Shown here piece after piece: positions 20,072 through 29,509 of a stretch of DNA of 64,000 nucleotides. Made by a program: the position numbers and the translations under genes. This DNA is from an uncultured Gammaproteobacteria bacterium (GTDB taxonomy: Bacteria; Pseudomonadota; Gammaproteobacteria; JAURND01). The stretch is taken from assembly GCA_963714975.1 (NCBI GenBank), contig CAVQQD010000003.1, forward strand, positions 384,001-448,000, in the 5' to 3' direction. Positions within the stretch are counted from its first letter, which is position 1. Each line of letters begins with the position of its first letter. A model generated the notes under the pieces. That model was not told where the DNA came from and searched no databases. It saw only the letters and a program-made list of their open reading frames with translations.

Positions 20072-20920
20072 TTAATGCACCAATTTTGAATGTACCCTGT
20101 TAGGTGTGAGCCCATTTAAACTTTGATGGGGTCTTTCAAAATTATAAAACTGAAAGTACTCGTCCAATCCTTCCCGCGCAGTCGTAACGTTTTCCCACTC
20201 CTGCAGGTACACACATTCATATTTTACCGATCGCCATAGGCGCTCAACAAAAATATTATCTGCCCATCGTCCCTTTCCATCCATGCTGATTTTGATTTGA
20301 TGCGCGGCGAGCACATCAGTAAAATCTTTGCTTGTAAATTGCGCTCCCTGATCAGTATTAAATATATCGCAGCGTGAATGCGCTAATACCCGCTTAAGTG
20401 TTTCTACACAAAAATCAGCCTCCATAGTGATGCTAAGCTGCCAATCCAATACAAAACGGCTATACCAGTCTATTATGGCCATCAAGTAAACGAAACCTCG
20501 TCGTAGCCTAATATACGTGATATCTGTACTGAAAACTTGGCAAGGCCTGACTATTGCAACGTCATTCAGTAAGTACGGATATACTTTATGTTCAGGATGC
20601 GGCTTACTGGTATGAGGGCCCGGCGCCAATGAGTGCAATCCTAAATGCTCATAAGCCCAACGTGTCTCATGGCGTTTACAAGGGTAATGGTGATAAGAAA
20701 TGTAGTCACTCATTTGCCTTGTACCGAAAGCTGGATGCTTTGTGTAAATTTCATCCACTAAGCGCAGTAATGCTAGCTGTTTATCACTTAATACCTTGGG
20801 ACGTGGCACGTAATATACATTGGAACGGGTTAAATCCAGTAGATCACATTGTCGACAGACTGACAACAATGGGTGTTCTCTCTCAACCCAACCTCGCCTT
20901 TCATCCACGGAACAACTCAA
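20072..20920 (-). CDS. IS3 transposase OrfB (integrase core), probably expressed by -1 frameshift
   Basis: STDITYI, NTDQGAQF and ERLWRSVKYE DDE motifs; A9G slippery run on the minus strand at 20922-20931. Confidence 0.93.
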   Translation of the reverse strand: MSCSVDERRGWVEREHPLLSVCRQCDLLDLTRSNVYYVPRPKVLSDKQLALLRLVDEIYTKHPAFGTRQMSDYISYHHYPCKRHETRWAYEHLGLHSLAPGPHTSKPHPEHKVYPYLLNDVAIVRPCQVFSTDITYIRLRRGFVYLMAIIDWYSRFVLDWQLSITMEADFCVETLKRVLAHSRCDIFNTDQGAQFTSKDFTDVLAAHQIKISMDGKGRWADNIFVERLWRSVKYECVYLQEWENVTTAREGLDEYFQFYNFERPHQSLNGLTPNRVHSKLVH

Positions 20921-21194
20921 ACTTTTTTTTTAAAAAATCATTCTCTACTTTTAAACGACCAATTTGTTCATATAATTCAGCCAGTTGAGTAGCATGTTCC
21001 GTAATTTCATTTTTATTTTTATCACTAAAAACATCGGGCAACAAGGCTAAGGCTTGTTTTTTCCATGCGTTTATTTGCGTTCCATGGGCACCATACTTCG
21101 AGCTAATTTGTGCCAATGTTAGCTCCCCTTTAATAGCTTCCAAAGCAATTTTTGCTTTTTCTGCTGGAGTATATGTTTTACGTTTTTGGCTCAT
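20901..21194 (-). CDS. IS3 transposase OrfA (HTH)
   Basis: KAKIALEAIKG...WKK...LYEQIGRLKVENDFLKKK. Confidence 0.92.
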   Translation of the reverse strand: MSQKRKTYTPAEKAKIALEAIKGELTLAQISSKYGAHGTQINAWKKQALALLPDVFSDKNKNEITEHATQLAELYEQIGRLKVENDFLKKKFELFRG

Positions 21195-21507
21195 TCTCGT
21201 CTCCTGATCCGAAGCGAGAATTATATCTTAGCTTGCCATTTTAACTGTCTGAATTTCTTCGCCCACTATACTCAGCGGGCGCGTCAGTAGGGAGAAACCC
21301 TAGTTTAGGCTGGGGTTTATAGACTTGTATGCTTAAAAATTTTATTTTTTTAAAATTTTTAAGACATAGTTGATTCCCGGTGAATTAAAATCGCCTTAAT
21401 TTTCGTACAGTTAGCGAGACTGTGAAATAAATTTTTCGTACAATGTGGGCATTATTTCTTGAATGGTATTCCATCCCCTCGGTTTTATAAGGAAATGGCA
21501 CAGCCAT

Positions 21508-21619
21508 TTGACCGACGGGTGACGCGCAGGCGGGGACCCCAACGCGCGCAGGAACGAGCACGGTGGGGTGCCGCAGCGGCAGGACCCGTCGTGGATCAGG
21601 GCATCAGCGGGAATTGCTG
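21508..21619. repeat. Structured GC-rich repeat, copy A
   Basis: CGACGGGTGACGC...CGCGCAG..CGAGCACG...GCGGCAGGACCCGTCG core shared with 56227 and 57865; ends AGCGGGAATTGCTG. Confidence 0.8.
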
Positions 21620-21801
21620 GAGTAATCATCCTTTTTCTGGATTATTGTCTTCTTTACGTATATAATGCTGGTTTTTAATTATTTCAACATGAGGTTTTGC
21701 ATATCATGAACATGACTACTTAAAGTTGCCCGTCAAGGGCCAAAGAGCGCGCTATTTACGCTCTGTTTTGAGAATCGCCCTTCACTTTAAGAGAGTCACT
21801 T

Positions 21802-23241
21802 ATGCATAAGCCCATTCAAATTGAACAGCTAAGTTTATCCTTCCCTAACAAGACCTGCTTTGAAGCATTTAACGCTGAAATTCATCATGGCAGCCGCATT
21901 GCCATTATTGGTCGCAATGGCTGTGGAAAAACGAGTTTACTGAATATATTGCGTGGCTTAGCAGAACCGACTATGGGTCGTATTATCATGCCTGCCGACG
22001 CAATAATTGGTTTTGTGCCACAGGTAATTAACGACTTTGTTGATCACAGTGGTGGTGAGCGGCTCAATTGTGCTTTGACCCAAGCCTTAAGTCTTCAGCC
22101 CAATATTTTATTGCTGGATGAACCCACTAATCACCTCGATGAGCGGAATCGCCGCCATGTGTTGCGTTGGCTGGAGCATTTTTCCGGCACATTGCTGGTC
22201 GTTTCACATGATGTGGTTCTGCTGCGTCAGTTGGTGAATACGTTTTGGCATATCGATCAAAGCCGTATTCAGATTTTTACTGGTGGTTTTGATGATTATC
22301 AACAAGCCCGAAACATTCAGCGGGTGCAATTGGAAATATCGTTACAGAATCTAAAACGCGAACGAAATGACCTGCATCAATCACTCATGCAAGAACAACA
22401 GCGTGCAGCCAAAAGCAAGACCAAGGGTGCAAAAAATATTGATCAAAGAAAATGGCCAACGGTAGTGAGTCATGCGAAGGCCAGTCGATCTCAAGAAACT
22501 AGTGGGCGGAAAAAAGCTGCGCTTGCTAGTAAAAACCAAGCGGTATTGGCAGAATTGGCTGAGTTGCATATCCCTGAAGTCATTGTTCCTAAATTTCATT
22601 TGTCTTACCAAAAAAATAATCATACGGTATTATCCATTAGTCAGGGGTCAGTAGGCTATGCTGAAAATAAATGGATATTGCAAAATATTCATTTATCGAT
22701 AATGGCTGGAAACCGTGTTGCACTGCTTGGTGATAACGGTTCAGGGAAATCCAGCTTATTTAAGGCTATTTTAGCAGCTGAAGATGTGATTCGTTCTGGG
22801 GAATGGTTCTTGCCTAGGCAACATGCCATGGGCTATTTAGATCAGCATTATCAAACGCTTTGTCCTACAGACACGGTATTAACATCCATCAGTCGCTTGA
22901 TGCCAAACTGTTCTCACGTGGAAATTCGTTATCATTTAAGTGATTTTTTATTTCGCAGTCAAGAGACAGTTAATACGCCGATTGCACAACTGTCCGGCGG
23001 TGAAAAAGCGCGTTTATCGTTGGCGCATATTGCCGCACAAACACCGGAGCTGTTATTGCTGGATGAAGTGACTAATAATTTGGATCTAGAAACTCGTCAA
23101 CATGTAATTGAAGTATTGAAAGATTATCCAGGCAGTTTGTTGGTGATTTCACATGATCAAGAGTTTTTGCGTGCGATTGCAATCCAAGATTATTATGAGA
23201 TCACTGAGGGTAGTCTGCATTTGCAATTACCATTGAGCTAA
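21802..23241 (+). CDS. ABC-F family ATPase (possible ribosome protection protein)
   Basis: Two ABC domains (GRNGCGKT, LDEPTNHLD; GDNGSGKS, LSGGE, LDEVTNNLD), long linker, no TM segments. Confidence 0.9.
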   Translation: MHKPIQIEQLSLSFPNKTCFEAFNAEIHHGSRIAIIGRNGCGKTSLLNILRGLAEPTMGRIIMPADAIIGFVPQVINDFVDHSGGERLNCALTQALSLQPNILLLDEPTNHLDERNRRHVLRWLEHFSGTLLVVSHDVVLLRQLVNTFWHIDQSRIQIFTGGFDDYQQARNIQRVQLEISLQNLKRERNDLHQSLMQEQQRAAKSKTKGAKNIDQRKWPTVVSHAKASRSQETSGRKKAALASKNQAVLAELAELHIPEVIVPKFHLSYQKNNHTVLSISQGSVGYAENKWILQNIHLSIMAGNRVALLGDNGSGKSSLFKAILAAEDVIRSGEWFLPRQHAMGYLDQHYQTLCPTDTVLTSISRLMPNCSHVEIRYHLSDFLFRSQETVNTPIAQLSGGEKARLSLAHIAAQTPELLLLDEVTNNLDLETRQHVIEVLKDYPGSLLVISHDQEFLRAIAIQDYYEITEGSLHLQLPLS

Positions 23242-23431
23242 CCAGACTCTTAAGTTTTTAAAAAATCTACCCTGACCTAATAGCTGTTTGGCCGACTGAA
23301 CCTTGATCCGTCAATATTAAATATGGTATATCTGCGTTGGTCTTAGGGATCGCTATTGGGCGCATCAATGGAAATTTTCTGCTGCCTTATATAATATTAT
23401 CACGTAGCTCATGTTCTGTAAGAGACTAAAA

Positions 23432-24169
23432 ATGACTTCATTAAAAAATAAAGTAGCCATTGTTACGGGCTCTACTGGCGGCATAGGCGAAGCTATTGCG
23501 CGCTTACTCAGCCATGAAAGCACTCGCGTTGTAATCAATTCAGTCTCTTCGCGAGCTAAAGGGGAGGCATTAGCCACTGAATTGCATGGTTTGTATTGCC
23601 AAGCGGATATCACCATTGAAGAGGATTGTCAGCGCTTAATTGAAACCACCATTCAACACTATGGACGATTGGATTTTTTAATTAATAATGCAGGTAGCGT
23701 AGGTCGGCTACCAAGTAATAATCTTGCAGATTTGAGTAATGAATTATTTTCTCGCATGTTAAATATCAATGTAGTAGGTACCTGGTGTTTAACACGTTAT
23801 GCCATTCCTCAGTTAAAACAGTCTCAAGATGGTGTGATTATCAATATTACCTCCGTTGCAGGCACAGATGCGGCTGCAGCCACTAGCTCCATTCCCTATG
23901 CTGTTTCCAAAGCAGCCTTGAATCATTTGACTAAATTATTGGCCAAAGAGCTAGGCCCAGAAGTTCGAGCGAATGCCATTGCTCCTGGACTGATTAAAAC
24001 ACCCCGCACTCAAAATTATACAGAAGCAATCACTAAATTTACTGAAGGTTCTCCGTTAAAACGCACCGGGGAACCTAATGATGTTGCTGGAATTGCCCTG
24101 GCTTTGATCAAATCCAACTATATCAATGGTGAAGTGGTGGTAGTTGATGGTGGATTTTCGACTATGTAA
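23432..24169 (+). CDS. Short-chain dehydrogenase/reductase (FabG-like)
   Basis: TGSTGGIG, NNAG and YAVSK motifs. Confidence 0.92.
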   Translation: MTSLKNKVAIVTGSTGGIGEAIARLLSHESTRVVINSVSSRAKGEALATELHGLYCQADITIEEDCQRLIETTIQHYGRLDFLINNAGSVGRLPSNNLADLSNELFSRMLNINVVGTWCLTRYAIPQLKQSQDGVIINITSVAGTDAAAATSSIPYAVSKAALNHLTKLLAKELGPEVRANAIAPGLIKTPRTQNYTEAITKFTEGSPLKRTGEPNDVAGIALALIKSNYINGEVVVVDGGFSTM

Positions 24170-24322
24170 ATTTTTTTAAAGAATAAGTGGCAAGAGCCAT
24201 CAAGTGATAGCAAAATCAACAGCGCATTCAGTTTGCAGCACTATGGGGTTAAAATTAGAATTGCTGTGGGAGAAGGGATTTCCTTTGTTTGCTGGGAATT
24301 GCTGCTATATAATAGCTCGCCT

Positions 24323-26626
24323 ATGAAAACTACTAAGATTAAAAATAAATCCAAATCATTTGCTAAGCCTTTTCCCTTGCGCTTGCGTGAACCTTTACTC
24401 ATATTGGTTGTGGCGATTGGCTTATTCTTAGTACTCTCTTTACTCACTTATACCCCTGCTGATCCTGCCGGGTTTGCTGTGCTGAAAAATCAAGCCGTGA
24501 TGAATGGTGGTGGTAAGTTAGGGGCTTTTTTGTCCAGCAGCTTGATTCATTTGTTTGGCTATTTTTCCTTTGTGTTCCCCTTCATGCTGTTTTATGGTGT
24601 TTGGCTTTATTTCCGCTATCGTGGCGCCATGGATCAAGAACAGTTTGCTTATTTTCGGATGTTGCGGGTGGCTGGGTTTTTTTTCATTTTGATCCCGGGC
24701 TGCGCTCTAGCGAGTTTACACGTTGCCATTGATTGGGCTCCAGGAGTCACGGGTGGCGGTTTTATTGGACGTCGGATGGCGCTTGGGATGGTGCATTTCG
24801 TCAATGTTTCAGGTACTGATCTTTTATTAACTGCGTTTTTCTTAGGCGGAATTACTCTTTTTACGGGTTTATCGTGGTTAACGGTTGCTGATGTGCTAGG
24901 CGATGCATTATGGCGCGCCAATCGTTCCATTCGGGCGATTTTATCGCGGATTGACCAATGGGCTATGAACTCCAGTGTGAAAGAAGAACGCTTGGGAGAA
25001 ATAGAGCCGATTATCCTGCCAAAACGCCAACCCAAAATTATGCGGGTGGAACCTAAGCTTGAATCTGTGGCGCCGCCTGAACCTATGATGCTAAGCAAAA
25101 AGGTTGATGTAGAGCCAGCATTATTTGAACCGCCATTGGCGGGAACTTTACCTCCGCTTTCGTTATTGGATCCTCCAAATCATTCTCATGTGAAGGGTTA
25201 CACTAATCAACAGCTCGAAGAAATCTCACGAGAAGTTGAGCTCCGGTTACAAGATTTTGGCATTCAAGTTAAAGTGGTTGCGGTGCATCCAGGTCCTGTT
25301 GTCACGCGATTCGAATTACAATTAGCCGCAGGCACTAAGGTCAGTCGGATTACTGCCTTAGCCAAGGACTTAGCACGCTCTTTATCAGTCATTAGTGTGC
25401 GAGTAGTCGAGATTATCCCAGGCAAGCCGGTGATTGGCTTGGAACTACCGAATATCGATCGTGAAATTGTGCGGTTAAGTGAGATTTTAGCCGCTGATCT
25501 ATATCAATCGGCTTTTTCTCCGCTCACGTTGGCCATGGGCAAAGATATTTCAGGTTGCCCAGTAGCAGTAGATTTGGCCAAAATGCCGCATTTATTGGTG
25601 GCAGGAACGACCGGTTCGGGTAAGTCAGTGGGATTAAATGCTATGCTGCTTAGTTTATTGTATAAGGCAACCCCTGCTCAGCTGCGTTTAATTTTAATTG
25701 ATCCAAAAATGCTAGAGTTATCGGTTTATGAGGGGATTCCGCATCTATTAACTCCTGTGGTAACCGATATGAAAGATGCGGCAAATGCCTTGCGTTGGGG
25801 CGTGGCGGAGATGGATCGGCGTTATCGATTGATGGCATTTTTAGGGGTGCGTAACATTGCTGGTTATAATGCTAAAGTAAAGGAAGCTGAGAATAAAGGC
25901 ACGCCGTTGTTTGATCCTTTTTTGCCTGGTGATTTGAGCCAAGATAATCCGCCTCCTTTGACTAATTTGCCTTATATTGTGGTGTTGGTGGATGAATTTG
26001 CTGACATGATGATGTTAGTGGGCAAGAAAGTAGAGGAACTGATTGCCCGAATTGCGCAAAAAGCTCGGGCGGCTGGCATTCATTTAATTCTTGCTACCCA
26101 ACGACCTTCCGTGGATGTGATTACTGGTTTAATTAAAGCGAATATTCCTACGCGCGTGGCTTTCCAGGTTTCCTCAAAAATTGATTCGCGCACTATCTTA
26201 GATCAACAAGGGGCAGAACAATTATTAGGTCACGGTGATATGCTTTACCTGCCGCCTGGCACAGGCGTGCCGATTCGGGTTCATGGTGCTTTTGTTGCGG
26301 ATGAAGAAGTACATCGAGTTGTGTATGATATTAAACGCCGTGGGCAACCGCAATATTTAGAGGAAATTTTGCAAGGTGAAGCTACAGACCCTGGATCTGA
26401 ATCTGCAATTGAGGGAGAAGTCACAGGTGAACAGGATCCTTTATACGACCAAGCCGTGCAAATTGTGGTGGAATCACGTCGGGCCTCGATTTCGCATATC
26501 CAAAGGCGCCTGAAGATTGGTTATAACCGCGCGGCTAATATCGTGGAAGCAATGGAAGCAGCAGGAGTTGTTACCGGTATGGATAGTAGTGGGGTACGCG
26601 AAGTATTAGTGGCGGAAGCGCAGTAG
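24323..26626 (+). CDS. ftsK: DNA translocase FtsK
   Basis: N-terminal TM domain, [24 protein letters not shown], gamma domain IGYNRAA. Confidence 0.96.
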   Translation: MKTTKIKNKSKSFAKPFPLRLREPLLILVVAIGLFLVLSLLTYTPADPAGFAVLKNQAVMNGGGKLGAFLSSSLIHLFGYFSFVFPFMLFYGVWLYFRYRGAMDQEQFAYFRMLRVAGFFFILIPGCALASLHVAIDWAPGVTGGGFIGRRMALGMVHFVNVSGTDLLLTAFFLGGITLFTGLSWLTVADVLGDALWRANRSIRAILSRIDQWAMNSSVKEERLGEIEPIILPKRQPKIMRVEPKLESVAPPEPMMLSKKVDVEPALFEPPLAGTLPPLSLLDPPNHSHVKGYTNQQLEEISREVELRLQDFGIQVKVVAVHPGPVVTRFELQLAAGTKVSRITALAKDLARSLSVISVRVVEIIPGKPVIGLELPNIDREIVRLSEILAADLYQSAFSPLTLAMGKDISGCPVAVDLAKMPHLLVAGTTGSGKSVGLNAMLLSLLYKATPAQLRLILIDPKMLELSVYEGIPHLLTPVVTDMKDAANALRWGVAEMDRRYRLMAFLGVRNIAGYNAKVKEAENKGTPLFDPFLPGDLSQDNPPPLTNLPYIVVLVDEFADMMMLVGKKVEELIARIAQKARAAGIHLILATQRPSVDVITGLIKANIPTRVAFQVSSKIDSRTILDQQGAEQLLGHGDMLYLPPGTGVPIRVHGAFVADEEVHRVVYDIKRRGQPQYLEEILQGEATDPGSESAIEGEVTGEQDPLYDQAVQIVVESRRASISHIQRRLKIGYNRAANIVEAMEAAGVVTGMDSSGVREVLVAEAQ

Positions 26627-26662
26627 TAACAGTAATCATTCACCATCCTTTGTGTGTAAAAA

Positions 26663-26816
26663 TCCTTCTCCCCTTGTGGGAGAAGGTGCCCGAAAGGGCG
26701 GATGAGGGGTAACCTTGAAAACAGCAAGAAGCATTTTATTAGCTGAATGCTAACTGTTGCTTACCCCTCACCCGCGCGCCTTACGGCGCGGCGGCCTCTC
26801 CCACAAGGGGAGAGGC
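26663..26816. repeat. Inverted pair of REP-like palindromes between convergent ftsK and rne
   Basis: CCTTCTCCCCTTGTGGGAGAAGG...GGATGAGGGGTAA and the inverted TTACCCCTCACCC...CTCTCCCACAAGGGGAGAGG. Confidence 0.85.
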
Positions 26817-26830
26817 AAAATCGTGTTATT

Positions 26831-29158
26831 TTAACTTTCCTTTTTTTCTTTTTCTTCAACTGCTTCTTTATCTTTAGGTACTTGTGGACGCACAATGACC
26901 GGTGGGGTGGCTTGGGTTTTTTCAGTATGGGTTGCTGGTGGTGGTTCAGGTGGTGTTATTGGAGCTGCTGTTACAGCGGTGCTTGCCTCTTTAGGTCTTT
27001 CCACTTTGGCAGAGGGTTCTGGTTTAGTTTTGGTTCCTTTAAAGCCAATACTATCTTGATAGTAATCCTCAAGATTCGTTGGAAAAGGCGGTAGATGATT
27101 TGGAAGTGTTGTTTCTTCAGCCTGAGGCGGCGCAGGGGGAGTTGCTGTAGCTGCTGGTGCTGCGGTTTTTTGTGGCTTAGCAGCCTGTGGCGGTTGAGCT
27201 GACCCTGCTGCCCCGCCTTGACTGCTGCCACTAGCGCCGCCCCCACCAGCAGCACCTCCTCCACCACCACGGCGACGGCCACCACGGCTGCCACGTCGTG
27301 TTCTGGGTTTGCTCTCGCCCGCAGGTCCTGGTCCTTCAGCTTTTTCTTTTGGTTTTTGCTCTGGAGGGTGAGTAAGCTTTTTCTCGGGCTTGGTGGTGGT
27401 CGGCGCCGGTTTTACAGGAACCGTTTCAACAGGAGTTTGTTCAGCTAATTTTCGTTCTTCTTCCTCAGTTCCAAACAAACTAGACAAAAATCGTTTTAAC
27501 AAACCAGTCGGTGCTTTTTTGCCGGGAATTAGGCCTTCGGTGGCAAAAATACTTTTTACTGCGGGTTTTTCTTCAGGCTTACTCGGTGCAGGTTTTTTAT
27601 ATAATTGTTCTGCCTCTTTACTGGCGAGTAATGCGTGGCTGGCTATTTTCCCGCTGGCGCCACCAGCTTCTTCTTTGGACAGGCGTTTAATTCGGTAATG
27701 GGGAGATTCCAACTCGGGATTAGGGATGATCACAATATTGACGTTTAAGTTTTTCTCAATACGCAGCAGTGCCTCGCGTTTTTCGTTAATCATGAAAGTC
27801 CCGATATCAATCGGTAATTGCACCTGAATTTGGCCGGTGTTGGGTTTAACCGCATCTTCTTCAATCATACGAATGATCGAGAGAACTAATGATTCTACAC
27901 TGCGAATGGTTCCCCAACCGGCACAACGTGGGCAGACGACTTGGGTTGCCTCGCCTAAAGAATGGCGCAGACGTTGGCGTGACATTTGCAGCAGGCCAAA
28001 ACTCGAAGAAACACTGCCAATTTGAGTGCGTGCCTTATCCAACTTCAAGGCATTTCGTAAGTGATTCTCGACTTCACGACGGTGACGTACTGAAGCCATA
28101 TCGATAAAGTCAATCACGATTAAGCCGCCAATATCGCGTAAGCGCAGTTGACGGGCAATTTCTTCGGCTGCTTCTAAATTCGTGTTGAGAGCAGTTTCCT
28201 CGATATCGCTACCCTTGGTGGCTTTACGAGAATTGACATCAACCGCTACCAAAGCTTCCGTATGATCAATGACGATTGACCCGCCCGAAGGTAAGCTGAG
28301 CTCGCGTTGATAGGCAGATTCTATTTGATGTTCAATTTGATAACGATTAAATAACGGGATAGTAGCCGTATAAAGCTTTAAACGATAAGCAAAATCAGGG
28401 CGGATTTGCTCTAGGTGCTCTTTGATCTTGGCATATAAAGCAGCATCGTCTACGATGATTTCCATCACATCTTGGCGCAGGTAGTCACGGATCGTGCGAA
28501 TGACGACATCGCTTTCCTGATGAATTAAGAACGGCGGATTTCTTTCTGTAGAAGCTTTCTTGATGGCTTCCCATTGTTTGAGTAGGGCATTTAAATCCCA
28601 TTGCAGTTCGCTTGAATTTTTCCCCACCCCAGCAGTGCGAACAATGAGACCCATCCCTTCAGGCAATGGCAATTGGTTTAATATATCGCGCAGCTCATCA
28701 CGATCTTCGCCTTCTACTCGGCGCGAGATGCCACCGGCGCGGGGATTATTGGGCATTAGCACCAAGTAGGAGCCTGCCAGGCTGATAAAACTAGTTAGGG
28801 CGGCGCCTTTATTCCCTCGCTCCTCTTTTTCTACTTGCACTATGATCGGCGTTCCTTCCTTAAGAACGTCTTTAATGTTAGGCCGATCTGCTGGTTTCGT
28901 TTCAGAGGGGAGGTAATATTCTTGGGCAATTTCCTTTAAGGGCAGGAAACCGTGGCGTTCACTGCCAAAATTGACGAACGCTGCATTAAGGCTGGGCTCA
29001 ACACTGGATATTTTACCCAGGTAGATATTCCCAGTTTTGGTTTTGTAGCTTTGACGTTCGGTAATTAAATCAAGGAGTTTTAAGTTCTTAACTTCAACAA
29101 TCACTACCCGCAACTCTTCACTCTGAGTTGCGTTAATCAACATTATTTTCATAATCAT
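26831..29158 (-). CDS. rne: Ribonuclease E
   Basis: MLINATQSEELRV, S1 domain, DVNS, IDFIDM, CPRC zinc link, disordered C-terminal tail. Confidence 0.96.
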   Translation of the reverse strand: MIMKIMLINATQSEELRVVIVEVKNLKLLDLITERQSYKTKTGNIYLGKISSVEPSLNAAFVNFGSERHGFLPLKEIAQEYYLPSETKPADRPNIKDVLKEGTPIIVQVEKEERGNKGAALTSFISLAGSYLVLMPNNPRAGGISRRVEGEDRDELRDILNQLPLPEGMGLIVRTAGVGKNSSELQWDLNALLKQWEAIKKASTERNPPFLIHQESDVVIRTIRDYLRQDVMEIIVDDAALYAKIKEHLEQIRPDFAYRLKLYTATIPLFNRYQIEHQIESAYQRELSLPSGGSIVIDHTEALVAVDVNSRKATKGSDIEETALNTNLEAAEEIARQLRLRDIGGLIVIDFIDMASVRHRREVENHLRNALKLDKARTQIGSVSSSFGLLQMSRQRLRHSLGEATQVVCPRCAGWGTIRSVESLVLSIIRMIEEDAVKPNTGQIQVQLPIDIGTFMINEKREALLRIEKNLNVNIVIIPNPELESPHYRIKRLSKEEAGGASGKIASHALLASKEAEQLYKKPAPSKPEEKPAVKSIFATEGLIPGKKAPTGLLKRFLSSLFGTEEEERKLAEQTPVETVPVKPAPTTTKPEKKLTHPPEQKPKEKAEGPGPAGESKPRTRRGSRGGRRRGGGGGAAGGGGASGSSQGGAAGSAQPPQAAKPQKTAAPAATATPPAPPQAEETTLPNHLPPFPTNLEDYYQDSIGFKGTKTKPEPSAKVERPKEASTAVTAAPITPPEPPPATHTEKTQATPPVIVRPQVPKDKEAVEEKEKKES

Positions 29159-29285
29159 CCATCTTGTCAGTAAGCGCGTTCAAACCACCTATTGTAGGGG
29201 TGGGATCGCTATTAATTCTGAATTGGTTTCAGCTCGTTTTTTTTGCGCACTATAACAAAGTTTAGCGCCTAGAGCAAATCCAATT

Positions 29286-29367
29286 CTCTCTCCCCGTCGA
29301 GCGGGAATTCCCCTCCCCCTTTGAAGAATCCCCCCCCCCTTTGAAAAAGGGGGGTAGGGGGGATTTA
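29286..29367. repeat. REP-like palindromic cluster in the rne upstream region
   Basis: CCCCCCTTTGAAAAAGGGGGG hairpin with a preceding partial duplicate. Confidence 0.55.
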
Positions 29368-29509
29368 GGAGAGGGCGCAAGTGCCGTAGCTGCGCTCTAC
29401 AGGCCTGATTGTCAATATTAGAAAATTGTGTTATTTTCACAGGCACTTATCAACAATCATGAATTTTTTGTAGTGAGACATCAAGCAAACCCTCTGCGAG
29501 GACTAACAT

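Larger units (their letters stand above)
19858..21270 (-). mobile_element. IS3-family element with 3-bp duplication CTC
   Basis: Imperfect IRs TATAGCGGGCGAAAAATCTAGACA and TATAGTGGGCGAAGAAATTCAGACA; CTC at 19855-19857 and 21271-21273. Confidence 0.9.
18655..21372 (+). mobile_element. IS110-family element, interrupted in its right end by an IS3
   Basis: AT core at 18653-18654 and 21373-21374; left non-coding end, recombinase gene, and right end resuming after the IS3 at 21271. Confidence 0.85.

Noticed and set aside
21411-21665. ORFs 21411-21629 and 21459-21665
   Set aside because: They are translations of repeat copy A, with no RBS or recognisable protein motif.
26632-26754. Complete MITE with GTAATCATTCA...TGAATGCTAAC ends
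   Set aside because: Ends resemble the 17493 element but no target duplication is present, so it is not called as an intact element.
29296-29310. CCCGTCGAGCGGGAATT as a fourth copy of the structured repeat
   Set aside because: Only two short matching words; too little to call, though it could be a remnant.
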